A stretch of 62,079 bases of DNA. Source: an uncultured Pseudomonadota bacterium (GTDB lineage: Bacteria > Babelota > Babeliae > Babelales > RVW-14). The stretch spans positions 20,854 to 82,932 of the forward strand of contig CAYMBP010000002.1 in NCBI GenBank assembly GCA_964388745.1, read 5' to 3'. Positions within the stretch are counted from its first letter, which is position 1. Each line of letters begins with the position of its first letter. The position numbers were made by a program, and so were the translations under genes. The notes under the pieces are model-generated. The model was not told the DNA's origin and made no database searches. It saw only the letters and a program-made list of their open reading frames with translations. This document shows, piece by piece, positions 38,440 to 47,645 of the stretch.

Positions 38440-39756
38440 ATGATTAAAAAAAGTATTTTTTGTTTGTTAATTCTTGCAAATGGATCATTATTTGGAATGT
38501 ATCACATACCACAAAGCTACCAAAGTATCAAAAAAATTAGCCCTAAATTAATTCAAGCATATCCAAAAAGTCACCTCTTAAATCATCAACCAAAACGTCA
38601 TGATTACAATAATAACCAGACTTATGCTCATAATAAAGCATGTCTCAATAATACATTGCCACCACTCCTCCCTCTCTTTGCAATAACTTTATTTGGAATA
38701 TTGAGTAACGACAACTCAAACATAAATGAAGCTCAACCAAGACTCAGCATTGAGGAGCAACAATGGCTATACATAAAACAAGAAATCTTAGCACTTCTTA
38801 CAGAAGCACAGCTAGAGCAAGAGTGTGAACTTCTAGAAAAAATTATGCAAGAATTACATAACAACATAAACACAGAAGCAGCATTCTATACTATCCGATC
38901 AACAAGAGAATTTTTTAAAGATAGACAAGAAAAAATCAATCAGCATTCTGCCAATCCAGAAACACATAAAATCAATCACATTTTTTGTAAAGAGAGTGAA
39001 CTTGAATATCTTATTGCCAATGCCCCTTCTGCAGAGAAAGTTGTAGGTCAGATACTGCTTGTTCTCCTTAGAAAAATAGATGAATGTCCATTGCATTGCA
39101 AGCTTTTCTCTGACAATTTTTGGAATTCATATCCTGCACAATTTTCAGCACAAACAATTAAACAAGTTATTTGTGACCCAGCTCTAACAAGCTATGTAGA
39201 TATGCAACTTTCTGATTGTTTTTACCAACACACCCCAGGTAGTGTAGAATTATTAAACATTCTTTCTCAAAAAATTGATCTTAGACATGACCTTGATCTT
39301 GACCTGAAGGAAGCACGAATATCTTCGCATGAATACCTACTTAGCGAAAAAACGCTTAAAAAAAATAGAGTATTAATAGAAGACACTATCTTTGCTTACT
39401 ATCTTATAGAAGTCTTACAAAAAGCAGATACCCTCAACCTACCGAATCCTATCTGCAGTCCAAATTTTTTACTCAAACTTCTTGGACAATTTACACCGCA
39501 AGCAAAAACTTTATTTTTTGAGGCTCCTCTTTCATTGAAACAAAATGTTGAGCTATGCAGGATTGTTCGTTCAATAAGAGGCTCAATTCCTGAAGAAAAT
39601 TGCCCCCTGAGTTGCTACACCGAACCTCTGCTTCATACAATAAATGAGAAAAGCGTAGCGGTTCACTTGTTACAAAAAAAAATTACTAAAGAAATGGAAA
39701 ATCAAAAGCTTCAAAGCAAGCAACAAAGCAACTTAAACGAGGAATACAAAAAATGA
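38440..39756 (+). CDS. Secreted/membrane hypothetical protein, tandem family B2 member
   Basis: AAGGA precedes the ATG at 38440. Signal peptide MIKKSIFCLLILANGSLFG, with a second hydrophobic segment LPPLLPLFAITLFGIL. ELEYLIANAPSAEKVVGQILLVLLRKIDECPLHCKLFSDNFW matches a block in 40051-40719. Confidence 0.65.
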   Translation: MIKKSIFCLLILANGSLFGMYHIPQSYQSIKKISPKLIQAYPKSHLLNHQPKRHDYNNNQTYAHNKACLNNTLPPLLPLFAITLFGILSNDNSNINEAQPRLSIEEQQWLYIKQEILALLTEAQLEQECELLEKIMQELHNNINTEAAFYTIRSTREFFKDRQEKINQHSANPETHKINHIFCKESELEYLIANAPSAEKVVGQILLVLLRKIDECPLHCKLFSDNFWNSYPAQFSAQTIKQVICDPALTSYVDMQLSDCFYQHTPGSVELLNILSQKIDLRHDLDLDLKEARISSHEYLLSEKTLKKNRVLIEDTIFAYYLIEVLQKADTLNLPNPICSPNFLLKLLGQFTPQAKTLFFEAPLSLKQNVELCRIVRSIRGSIPEENCPLSCYTEPLLHTINEKSVAVHLLQKKITKEMENQKLQSKQQSNLNEEYKK

Positions 39757-40034
39757 AGAAAGTCACTGTTTTTTGGCTATTTTTATGTTATCAGCAGGCA
39801 AATGCAATGCTCAAAACATTTGCACACAATCGGATTACTCAGCAGCCTCCTTCATTAATCAGTCAGCATCAATCCGTATTGTCAACAACCCAAAAAGAAT
39901 CTACAACTCTGAATGCAGAATTGATAAAGAACAACCACAAAATTCGGCCATCAAGCAACTCTTCTGTAGCTGAGGCACTTTTTATTAGGGTGCAGCACAG
40001 GCACACTCCTATGGAGTATCTTATCCATTCATGA
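39753..40034 (+). CDS. Signal-peptide N-terminal fragment of a family B2 gene (probably split from 40051-40719)
   Basis: Signal peptide MKKVTVFWLFLCYQQANA followed by a Gln/Ser-rich linker, as in 38440-39756. It has an ATGA overlap with the preceding gene and only 93 codons. Confidence 0.45.
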   Translation: MKKVTVFWLFLCYQQANAMLKTFAHNRITQQPPSLISQHQSVLSTTQKESTTLNAELIKNNHKIRPSSNSSVAEALFIRVQHRHTPMEYLIHS

Positions 40035-40050
40035 AAACAGACGAGCTCAA

Positions 40051-40719
40051 TTGTTGAAAAGCAAAGAAAATAGTTTTAAACAAAAGTTACACCTTACTCT
40101 TAGCCTAATCAATAAAGATCTATATCAAACAGAAGAATTCAAGACTCTCAAAAAAAACCTTGATCCATCAATCATTGCAGACGGTATACGCGTCTACGCC
40201 AATAATAATATCCATACAAAAATCTATAACGTAAAAACAATTGATCGTAATATTTTTGAGCAGATAATAGCTGAACTCATGAAACATAGCAACACCGCAA
40301 CAAAAGATATTACAAACAATTTAGAAAAAATTATAAACATCCTCCTACAAATTGTATCACTCCAAACAAATCAAGCCTTTACCATTAATAATCATGAAGA
40401 GCTAAAAAATCTTGTTAACTATGCCCCTACTTTTATCCACGTAGCCAGCAAAATACTTAATCATCTCTCTTGCAAGGCACAACAATATGGAAAGATAGAG
40501 TTTTCTTCTGACTTTTTTGATAGAGAAAGCATTTTTCACAAACTAAATCCTCAACAGCAAGATGAATTTTTTAGCACTATCCATGATAAAGATGCAAGTG
40601 CTTTTATTCTTACATTTATAGAGAATAAACTCTCTGAAAAAAGCAAAAATCATTTAATAGCAATCTTTAAACAAAAAACCAATGATCACAAAAGGGCTTT
40701 CCCTGCATATTTTGAGTAA
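40051..40719 (+). CDS. Family B2 helical domain without a signal peptide (probably the 3' part of a split gene)
   Basis: ELKNLVNYAPTFIHVASKILNHLSCKAQQYGKIEFSSDFF parallels 38440-39756. It has only a TTG start and no Shine-Dalgarno sequence. Its frame is already open from 39970, overlapping the 39753-40034 frame. Confidence 0.45.
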   Translation: MLKSKENSFKQKLHLTLSLINKDLYQTEEFKTLKKNLDPSIIADGIRVYANNNIHTKIYNVKTIDRNIFEQIIAELMKHSNTATKDITNNLEKIINILLQIVSLQTNQAFTINNHEELKNLVNYAPTFIHVASKILNHLSCKAQQYGKIEFSSDFFDRESIFHKLNPQQQDEFFSTIHDKDASAFILTFIENKLSEKSKNHLIAIFKQKTNDHKRAFPAYFE

Positions 40720-40720
40720 C

Positions 40721-40777
40721 AAGCAATTTATCGTTAAAAATATTTCAAACTGAAATATTTTTAACGATAAATTGCTT
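40721..40777 (+). terminator. Perfect 27-bp-stem AT-rich hairpin
   Basis: AAGCAATTTATCGTTAAAAATATTTCA-AAC-TGAAATATTTTTAACGATAAATTGCTT, starting 2 nt after the stop at 40719. Confidence 0.55.
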
Positions 40778-40854
40778 TAATCTTGCATATTATTCATTTA
40801 TCGTGTACTGTGTTAAAAAATACAAACTGCTATATTTTTCAATAATCATAATAA

Positions 40855-42036
40855 ATGGATGATCATATGCTTAAAAAAATAATAATTCTTATTACCATAT
40901 TTTCTATGTCTCTAGCTTCAGCAATGAACAACGGCAATAACCAAAATGATGAAAACAACTTACAAACACCTCCTCGCAATCATATGAGATTTAAGAACCC
41001 AGAAACTCCTCAAGGAAGAAGTCCTGCTACTTATTGGAAAGATGTCTATCAAAGGCTAAAATCGATAGGCTTTTCATCTCTAAAAAGAAGGGCTCTTTTT
41101 GCAAATGAGAATACAACAGATGAAAATCGTCCAGAAACTCTGCTTGAAAAGGCTTTAACAGATTCTATCAATAAGAGCAGACATTTTTATATCACAGAAG
41201 GATATGTTTTTAGTCACTCTCTTGATTTAAATACAACTTTTCATGTTAATGCACTTACAAACATGAATAAAGAGTCTGAGTACAATATTTTTCACTATCT
41301 TATTATGTTGAATTCGATCGAAATATGCAATAACCTTCTAAGCAATCTTAAAGAAATTATTTATAGTAATAACAAAGAAGATGGTCATAAAAAGTTAGTT
41401 TCTCAAATTTCACCAAATCATGGAACACCATATCACATAGCAGTAGATAATAAAAATTTTTCACTTATTTGCTGGCTCACCGAACACTTTAAAGCCGATC
41501 TTACAGCTACTGATGAAGATTGGGATCCAATACTTCATTATGCTATAACAAAAAAATCTAGTGAAGAAATTATTGGCCACTTAATTCATGCTGGAGCAGA
41601 CATCAATCAACGCAATTGCAACGATGGTAACACAGCACTCCATATTGCTATGAGAGAAAAACATTACACAGCAATTCTTCTCCTTGCCAGGTGTAAAGAT
41701 TCTCCACCAGATATGGCAATGCCGAATTCTCGTAATTACCTTCCTCTTCATCTTTTTGTAATGGGTCCAGAAACAGAGGATTCTATTGCATATTTAAGAA
41801 TATTTATGAGAATTATGAGAAGAACCAACAACAATCAAGGTACCAATTTATATATTGACGCAGAAGATTCTCAAGATAGAACGGTTTTTGACTTGCTTCG
41901 TTTAAACAATAATCGAGTACTTTATGGCATCATTAGGTACACCCGGCAATGGCCAGTGCATCGAGACAGCATTCCACGTGGAAAACGTCTAGTACATTTG
42001 AGCTGGGCAAATTCGTCAAGAAGAAGACGGAATTAG
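40855..42036 (+). CDS. Signal-peptide ankyrin-repeat protein
   Basis: The N-terminus is MLKKIIILITIFSMSLASA (an alternative start is at 40867). ANK units include GTPYHIAVDNKNFSLICWLTEHFKADLTATDEDWDPILHYAITKKSSEEIIGHLIHAGADINQRNCNDGNTALHIAMREKHYTAILLLA. The tail is Arg-rich (SSRRRRN). Confidence 0.8.
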   Translation: MDDHMLKKIIILITIFSMSLASAMNNGNNQNDENNLQTPPRNHMRFKNPETPQGRSPATYWKDVYQRLKSIGFSSLKRRALFANENTTDENRPETLLEKALTDSINKSRHFYITEGYVFSHSLDLNTTFHVNALTNMNKESEYNIFHYLIMLNSIEICNNLLSNLKEIIYSNNKEDGHKKLVSQISPNHGTPYHIAVDNKNFSLICWLTEHFKADLTATDEDWDPILHYAITKKSSEEIIGHLIHAGADINQRNCNDGNTALHIAMREKHYTAILLLARCKDSPPDMAMPNSRNYLPLHLFVMGPETEDSIAYLRIFMRIMRRTNNNQGTNLYIDAEDSQDRTVFDLLRLNNNRVLYGIIRYTRQWPVHRDSIPRGKRLVHLSWANSSRRRRN

Positions 42037-42205
42037 TGCGCAACGCAAATTACAATACTGTTCTTCTCAGCAAACATTGTGAGCGTAAAAATCCTTACCT
42101 ATCAAACTATTGAGAGCCTCATGCTCGCTACGCTCTCTGAGAAAGGCTCCTACATCGATATGTCTTTTAACGCGGATCGAGTGAAAAAGAAATATCTCTA
42201 CAAAA

Positions 42206-43012
42206 TCAATTTTTCTTAAGCTCAATCATCATAAACCAGCCACAGGTCTGCCAACCGGATAGTGAAGCCAACAATCGAGCGCACAACTTAACTAAACGCG
42301 ACTTTTTGTAATAAAGCAAGTCATGAGAAGAGGCTGGAGCAGAAAGAGTCTGAATGGTTACAGGAAGCTTGGCACACATTGCTCGAGCCTCCTTTTGAGT
42401 AAACGCTTTTGTTCCAGGACTTTCCTGATGATGATATAACACGTTTGAAATTGACTGAAATGGTCGCCCTTTTAACAAACCTGATAAAAGATATTGATAA
42501 AATGCAAACAATGAACGTCTATTATAAATCATACACTTTATAATGCCGCCAGGCTTGGTCACACGCACAAGCTCTGCTAAACATTTTTCGGTATTTGGTG
42601 AATGATGAATTACACCCCAAGAATAAGCCAAGTCAAAAGAATTATCCTGATAAGGAAGACTCTCAGCATCACCTGTCCGCAAATCATGAGCTTGTAACTC
42701 TTCAAGCGCAAGGCGAGCTTGTACATTTTCAATTGCTTCTTCTGTTAAATCAATGCCATAAGCAAGAGCTCCCGTTCGCACCCATTGAGTAAAATCAGTA
42801 CCTGCACCAACACCAACTTCAAGTATTTTCTTACCTCGAAAACGAGTAAACTGGGCAAAAGAAAAAATTTCAGGTTCAATACTATAACGAAATGTCTCTA
42901 CTTTATCAAAATAATCAGAAGAAAATTTTTTAGCCTCAATAAATTCTGTTCCACAACTTGCCACATTCCAGTACGATTTTACTTCATGCTTTAAATTTTC
43001 ATTACTTTCCAT
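42206..43012 (-). CDS. Class I SAM-dependent methyltransferase
   Basis: Motif I is ILEVGVGAGTDF. Post-I is YGIDLTEEAI. Also ...FDLAYSWGVIHHSP and VTKPGGII. Confidence 0.8.
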   Translation of the reverse strand: MESNENLKHEVKSYWNVASCGTEFIEAKKFSSDYFDKVETFRYSIEPEIFSFAQFTRFRGKKILEVGVGAGTDFTQWVRTGALAYGIDLTEEAIENVQARLALEELQAHDLRTGDAESLPYQDNSFDLAYSWGVIHHSPNTEKCLAELVRVTKPGGIIKCMIYNRRSLFAFYQYLLSGLLKGRPFQSISNVLYHHQESPGTKAFTQKEARAMCAKLPVTIQTLSAPASSHDLLYYKKSRLVKLCARLLASLSGWQTCGWFMMIELKKN

Positions 43013-44177
43013 GACGCTCTTCTCCTATTTGATTATATATCCGCTCAATATGCCACTTGTAAGTTGCACGTGAAAATCGGTCTTTACAAAACGTAGAAGC
43101 TGCCAATGCAATCTCTTTCCTAAGCTGACCATCTTGCAGTAAACACACCACAACGCGAGCCCATTCATCATATTGCTCAGGAAGAATAAGAAACCCAGTC
43201 TTTTCATGAATAATAATTTCACTAAATGGTGGTATAGCTGATGCAATGACAGGAAGTTTCATAAATCCTGCTTCTATAACAGGTCGTGCAAAGTGACTAA
43301 CGGTAAATGGTGATAGCAACAATGTTGATGAAGCCATAAGCTCAGGAACATTCTGTACCGCTCCAAGAAATGAAAGCCTTGGTTTAAGTTTTTTTAAAAG
43401 CCTATATTGATGTCGATACCGAGAACTCAAAATCCTTTGCATTAATGTAGGAATGTGATAAGGACCAGCAATCAGACATTGCACATTCGGCACCTTCTCC
43501 ACAACTCGATTCATTATCTCAAGCACTACATCAAACCCTTTTGCCAATGACGTTCCACCTAAAAATAATAGCGTTGGCTTCGATGCAATAACTTCTTTAT
43601 GAGAAGGAATAAAGATATTTTCATCAACACAGTTATAAATCACTGACACATTTTTCTGCTTCTCCCATGGCAATGAATCATTGCGACAAATAGGGATTAT
43701 TGTATGCGCATACCGCTTGATGGCCCGAGTAACCATCCAACGCCTAAGGCCAAGATACCCAGAAGCTAGCGGTTCTCTCACATGCCACACAACAGGAATG
43801 TTTTTTTTATAAGCAACGTAAGCCCACCCAATCAATGAGCTCGTATTAAGATGAATAATATCAGGCTTTATCTTATCAAGTATGCGCGGAGCAACAGACC
43901 AGATAGTCTTAAATAAATCTTTATAAGCTCTAAAAAGTAACCATGGATGATACCAGCGAAACCACCAGACAGTAGTATGCGCAAAATCATACACATCAAC
44001 AGGCCCAACAACCTCAATACCATGATCTTTATACAACTGAATAATCGACGAATTATGTAAAAATAGAACAATAGGATGATAGAGGCGACGATCCAAAGAG
44101 CCTATTAAATAAAGAAGACTCAAAGGAGCGCCACCTATCCCTTTGCCGTGATGTACGTATAAAATTACTTTTTTCAC
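43002..44177 (-). CDS. Family 4-like glycosyltransferase
   Basis: The N-terminus is MKKVILYVHHGKGIGGAPLSLLYL. The C-terminal donor-binding region is SHFARPVIEAGFMKLPVIAS. Confidence 0.7.
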   Translation of the reverse strand: MKKVILYVHHGKGIGGAPLSLLYLIGSLDRRLYHPIVLFLHNSSIIQLYKDHGIEVVGPVDVYDFAHTTVWWFRWYHPWLLFRAYKDLFKTIWSVAPRILDKIKPDIIHLNTSSLIGWAYVAYKKNIPVVWHVREPLASGYLGLRRWMVTRAIKRYAHTIIPICRNDSLPWEKQKNVSVIYNCVDENIFIPSHKEVIASKPTLLFLGGTSLAKGFDVVLEIMNRVVEKVPNVQCLIAGPYHIPTLMQRILSSRYRHQYRLLKKLKPRLSFLGAVQNVPELMASSTLLLSPFTVSHFARPVIEAGFMKLPVIASAIPPFSEIIIHEKTGFLILPEQYDEWARVVVCLLQDGQLRKEIALAASTFCKDRFSRATYKWHIERIYNQIGEERHGK

Positions 44178-44193
44178 GAACTCACTACATTAT

Positions 44194-45588
44194 TTATAAT
44201 AAGCATGGTTTTGCAGGATTAATCGTTGCGGCCTTTACTTCTTGATCTATATTGCTTCGCTCACTTCCTTGACGGCCTACAGAAAAATAAGCTACTCCTG
44301 CATCTTCCATAGCAAGAGGACAAAAGCAATTACGAGCATCAAAAATAACAGTATCTGTCAGAACTCTAAAGTCTATTGGCTCATATGCTAAGAACTCTTT
44401 CCACTCAGTTGCAATAACGAGAGCATCTGATAGCTCAAGGACCTCTTTAGAATTTTTTGCATATGCTATTTTATCACCAAATAAATCTTTAACATGGTCC
44501 ATTGCAACAGGGTCATATACAACAAGCTTACAATTATATTCTAGCAACCGCTTAATGATATCAAGAGAGGGCGCATCACGAATATCATCAGTTTCAGGCT
44601 TAAATGAAAGCCCCCACAACCCAATAATCTTACCAGAAGGATTATTGTGATAATAAGCAATAATCTTATTCATAAACCAAGAACGTTGAACGACATTAAT
44701 AACATCAACCGCTGATACCAGGCTCATTTCTTGGTTAAACTCTTTTCCAGTTTGAATTAATGCTCGTACATCTTTAGGGAAACAGCTCCCACCATAGCCA
44801 ATTCCTGCATTTAAAAAGAGTCCTCCAATGCGCTTGTCATAAGACATACCATTTTTTATTTCATCAATATCTGCACCAACCTTTTCAGCCAAAAGTGCTA
44901 CTTGATTCATAAAACTAATGCGTGTTGCAAGCATAGCATTTGATGCATATTTAGTAAGCTCAGAAGAGGCAATGCGCATAACAACAAGACGCTCTTTTTG
45001 CTCTACAAGGGGCTCATACAACTCCCTCAGCTCTTTTTCTGCGCATGAACTATCAACACCAATAACAATACGGTCAGGAATGCGACTATCACTCAAAGCA
45101 TCCCCTTCCTTTAAAAATTCAGGATTTGAGGCAACATCAAAAGAGAGAGAGACTCCTCGCTCATTAAGCTTTTCTTGAATAATCATTTTTACCTGATGTG
45201 CAGTACCAACAGGAACGGTCGACTTATTAATAATGACCGCATAAGAAGAGAGATGCTCTCCTATTTCTGCAGCCATATCCCAGACTTGAGAAAGATCTGC
45301 TGCACCATTATCAAGAGAAGGGGTCCCAACACAAGAAAAAATTAACGTTGGCTGTGACTTCTCAAAAGCTTGCGAAACAGAAGAGACAAAGGAAAGAGTC
45401 CCCTTTTTTACACAATTTTGCACAACAGCTTCAAGACCAGGCTCATAAAAAGGCACCTTGCTTTGATTAAGCATGTTTATGCGATCAGGATTACGTTCAA
45501 TGATTACAACAGAATGCCCTTTTTCTGCAAAACAGGCTCCAGTTACAAGGCCAACATATCCTGCACCAACAATTCCAATTTGTTTCAT
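44194..45588 (-). CDS. ugd: UDP-glucose 6-dehydrogenase / nucleotide-sugar dehydrogenase
   Basis: The Rossmann motif is MKQIGIVGAGYVGLVTGACFAEKGHSV. The catalytic Cys block is GIGYGGSCFPKDVRAL. Also GLSFKPETDDIRDAPS. Confidence 0.88.
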   Translation of the reverse strand: MKQIGIVGAGYVGLVTGACFAEKGHSVVIIERNPDRINMLNQSKVPFYEPGLEAVVQNCVKKGTLSFVSSVSQAFEKSQPTLIFSCVGTPSLDNGAADLSQVWDMAAEIGEHLSSYAVIINKSTVPVGTAHQVKMIIQEKLNERGVSLSFDVASNPEFLKEGDALSDSRIPDRIVIGVDSSCAEKELRELYEPLVEQKERLVVMRIASSELTKYASNAMLATRISFMNQVALLAEKVGADIDEIKNGMSYDKRIGGLFLNAGIGYGGSCFPKDVRALIQTGKEFNQEMSLVSAVDVINVVQRSWFMNKIIAYYHNNPSGKIIGLWGLSFKPETDDIRDAPSLDIIKRLLEYNCKLVVYDPVAMDHVKDLFGDKIAYAKNSKEVLELSDALVIATEWKEFLAYEPIDFRVLTDTVIFDARNCFCPLAMEDAGVAYFSVGRQGSERSNIDQEVKAATINPAKPCLL

Positions 45589-45633
45589 TCTCTGTTCTCC
45601 TTTTTATATTGAGCTTAATCTCAAGAAAAGAAC

Positions 45634-46518
45634 TTACTTACCAGGTAAAGGAACCGCTAAAATATTAGGAGCTATAATTTGCGCATCTTTATCATTAAGC
45701 GGAACAAGATGTTGATAGTATACCTGATAAAAGCGATATGCATAGCTACTCAATATATTTAAAATAAAAGTTGTCTGCTTTGGATGAGAGCGACAATGCT
45801 CAAAAATAATAGAAGGCCTAAACCGCTCTATTGACTTATGCGCACCATCAATAACTTCTTGTTCATGTCCTTCAACATCAATTTTAATAAAATCAACTGA
45901 TGACAATTTTTTTGACGCAACATAATCATCAAGTGTTGTTGTAGTAACTTCAAACATGTGTTGCTTATCTTCATGAATTGCCTGAAGGCTTGATGTCCCC
46001 TCATTAGAATCTTTACCATTAAATCCATATAGAGTTACCACCCCCTGCTCAAAAGAGAGTGCACACGGCTCAACATGTACCCATGAGTAAGCATTAAGTG
46101 CTATATTATCTTTTAATTTTTTATAAACCTGCGGATGTGGTTCAAATGCAATAACATGCCCATTAGCCCCTGTTGACTTTGCCATTGTAAGCGTATGAAT
46201 ACCAATATTTGCACCAACGTCAATACAAACATTTCCTGGCCTTACAAGTCGCTTAATAATCTTTTCAATAAAAGGCTCATATGAGCCATAAAAAAACATC
46301 GACCACTCAAGATAGGAGGCTGTGTTTACATGAAAAAATGATCCATCCTCAAGCTGAATAATTCTGTTAATAGATGCATTTTGAACATTATCTGGGTTAT
46401 GAATCATGCGTAAAAATGGATCAAGCCGGGTTAAGTGATATTTACGAGTTAAAAATGCAAGCTTTGTAACCCAAGCATGACGAATATTCATTACATTTCT
46501 CCTAATAATTGCGACCAA
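45634..46518 (-). CDS. FkbM-family methyltransferase
   Basis: VCIDVGANIGIHTL, HVIAFEPHPQVY and VDFIKIDVEGHEQEVIDGA are the FkbM family blocks. Confidence 0.8.
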   Translation of the reverse strand: MVAIIRRNVMNIRHAWVTKLAFLTRKYHLTRLDPFLRMIHNPDNVQNASINRIIQLEDGSFFHVNTASYLEWSMFFYGSYEPFIEKIIKRLVRPGNVCIDVGANIGIHTLTMAKSTGANGHVIAFEPHPQVYKKLKDNIALNAYSWVHVEPCALSFEQGVVTLYGFNGKDSNEGTSSLQAIHEDKQHMFEVTTTTLDDYVASKKLSSVDFIKIDVEGHEQEVIDGAHKSIERFRPSIIFEHCRSHPKQTTFILNILSSYAYRFYQVYYQHLVPLNDKDAQIIAPNILAVPLPGK

Positions 46519-47645
46519 AAGGAATAAGTTTTATGAGCAATCGCCTCATGAGTATACAGCTTCATTACCCGCTCATATCCTTTTTTGGCATACTCACTTC
46601 GCAATGCATCATCACTCATTAAAAGATACAAACAATTAGCTAAGTGCAACTCATCAGACTGCCTAAAAACAACCCCTGCATCAGCTATAACATGGGGAAT
46701 TTCTCCAGCACTACTGCCAACAACAGCAACTCGACATGCCATAGCTTCAATTAAAACATGCCCAAATTGCTCACGCCATAACAATGTATCGCACGAAGGA
46801 AGCACGACTATATCAGATAGCTGATACAAATCTCCCAACTTCTCATGAATAACAGGCTGCTTAATAAACACATCCTTTTGCATATTATTTTTAATAATTT
46901 CTTCTTTTAGTTGCTCTTCAACAGGACCTCTGCCAATAAACACAAGCTCCCAACCATCTATTTTTTCTCTTAAGCTTTTAAAGGCATTAAAGAGTAAAAA
47001 AATGCCCTTCTCTGCTACAAAACGCCCAAGATACATAATTCTTTTTTTACGAAGAAAGCTTGTTTTTCGAGCAGGAGAAAAAATTTTTTGGCTTACCCCC
47101 AATTGAGGAAGAACAATAATTGGCTTCCTTCCCAGGTGCTTATTAATTATTTTTTTTGCTTCTTGATTACCCGTAATTGCCCCATGAGAAAATGCACAGT
47201 TAAAACGTTCCACCCATCGCCAAATAAGATAATCCGACAATCGTGACTTTTGCTTCCAATTAACCCAGGTAAAAAAAATAAATTTTGGCTTTATTCCCAA
47301 TAAGCGCGCACAGACGTAAAGCTGTGTATAACTCAATGCACAAACCCCTTGTTCAACATGTATAATATCAGGCCTGAGTTCTTTGAGAAGCAGATATAAT
47401 TCTTTCCATAAATACCGATACCGCACCTCATTTCCTGCAGCAACTGCATCAAGTGCACGAAATCTACACCGTCCATGTCGGTGCACAACTCCTTGTTCAA
47501 CTTTATGATTAAATAGACAAGTTGGCCATCGATTAGGGAAAATAACATCCACTGTAATATCATCATATAAATCAACAAGTCGCTTCCACTTATCACGATT
47601 AATAGTTGAAATATAGGTATGACTGACAACCAAAACTCGCATCAC
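46491..47645 (-). CDS. Family 4 glycosyltransferase
   Basis: MRVLVVSHTY at the N-terminus. The C-terminal region is REQFGHVLIEAMACRVAVVGSSAGEIPHVI. It overlaps the downstream gene by 28 nt. Confidence 0.8.
   Translation of the reverse strand: MMRVLVVSHTYISTINRDKWKRLVDLYDDITVDVIFPNRWPTCLFNHKVEQGVVHRHGRCRFRALDAVAAGNEVRYRYLWKELYLLLKELRPDIIHVEQGVCALSYTQLYVCARLLGIKPKFIFFTWVNWKQKSRLSDYLIWRWVERFNCAFSHGAITGNQEAKKIINKHLGRKPIIVLPQLGVSQKIFSPARKTSFLRKKRIMYLGRFVAEKGIFLLFNAFKSLREKIDGWELVFIGRGPVEEQLKEEIIKNNMQKDVFIKQPVIHEKLGDLYQLSDIVVLPSCDTLLWREQFGHVLIEAMACRVAVVGSSAGEIPHVIADAGVVFRQSDELHLANCLYLLMSDDALRSEYAKKGYERVMKLYTHEAIAHKTYSFWSQLLGEM

Noticed and set aside
42037-42205. Noticeably GC-richer 170-bp spacer between the convergent ankyrin and methyltransferase genes, with short inverted repeats (GAGCCT...AGGCTC at 42114-42149). 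I considered a gene remnant or an ncRNA.
   Set aside because: All six frames contain stops within a few codons. The stems are short with large loops, and no recognisable motif is present. It may merely be a weak terminator region.
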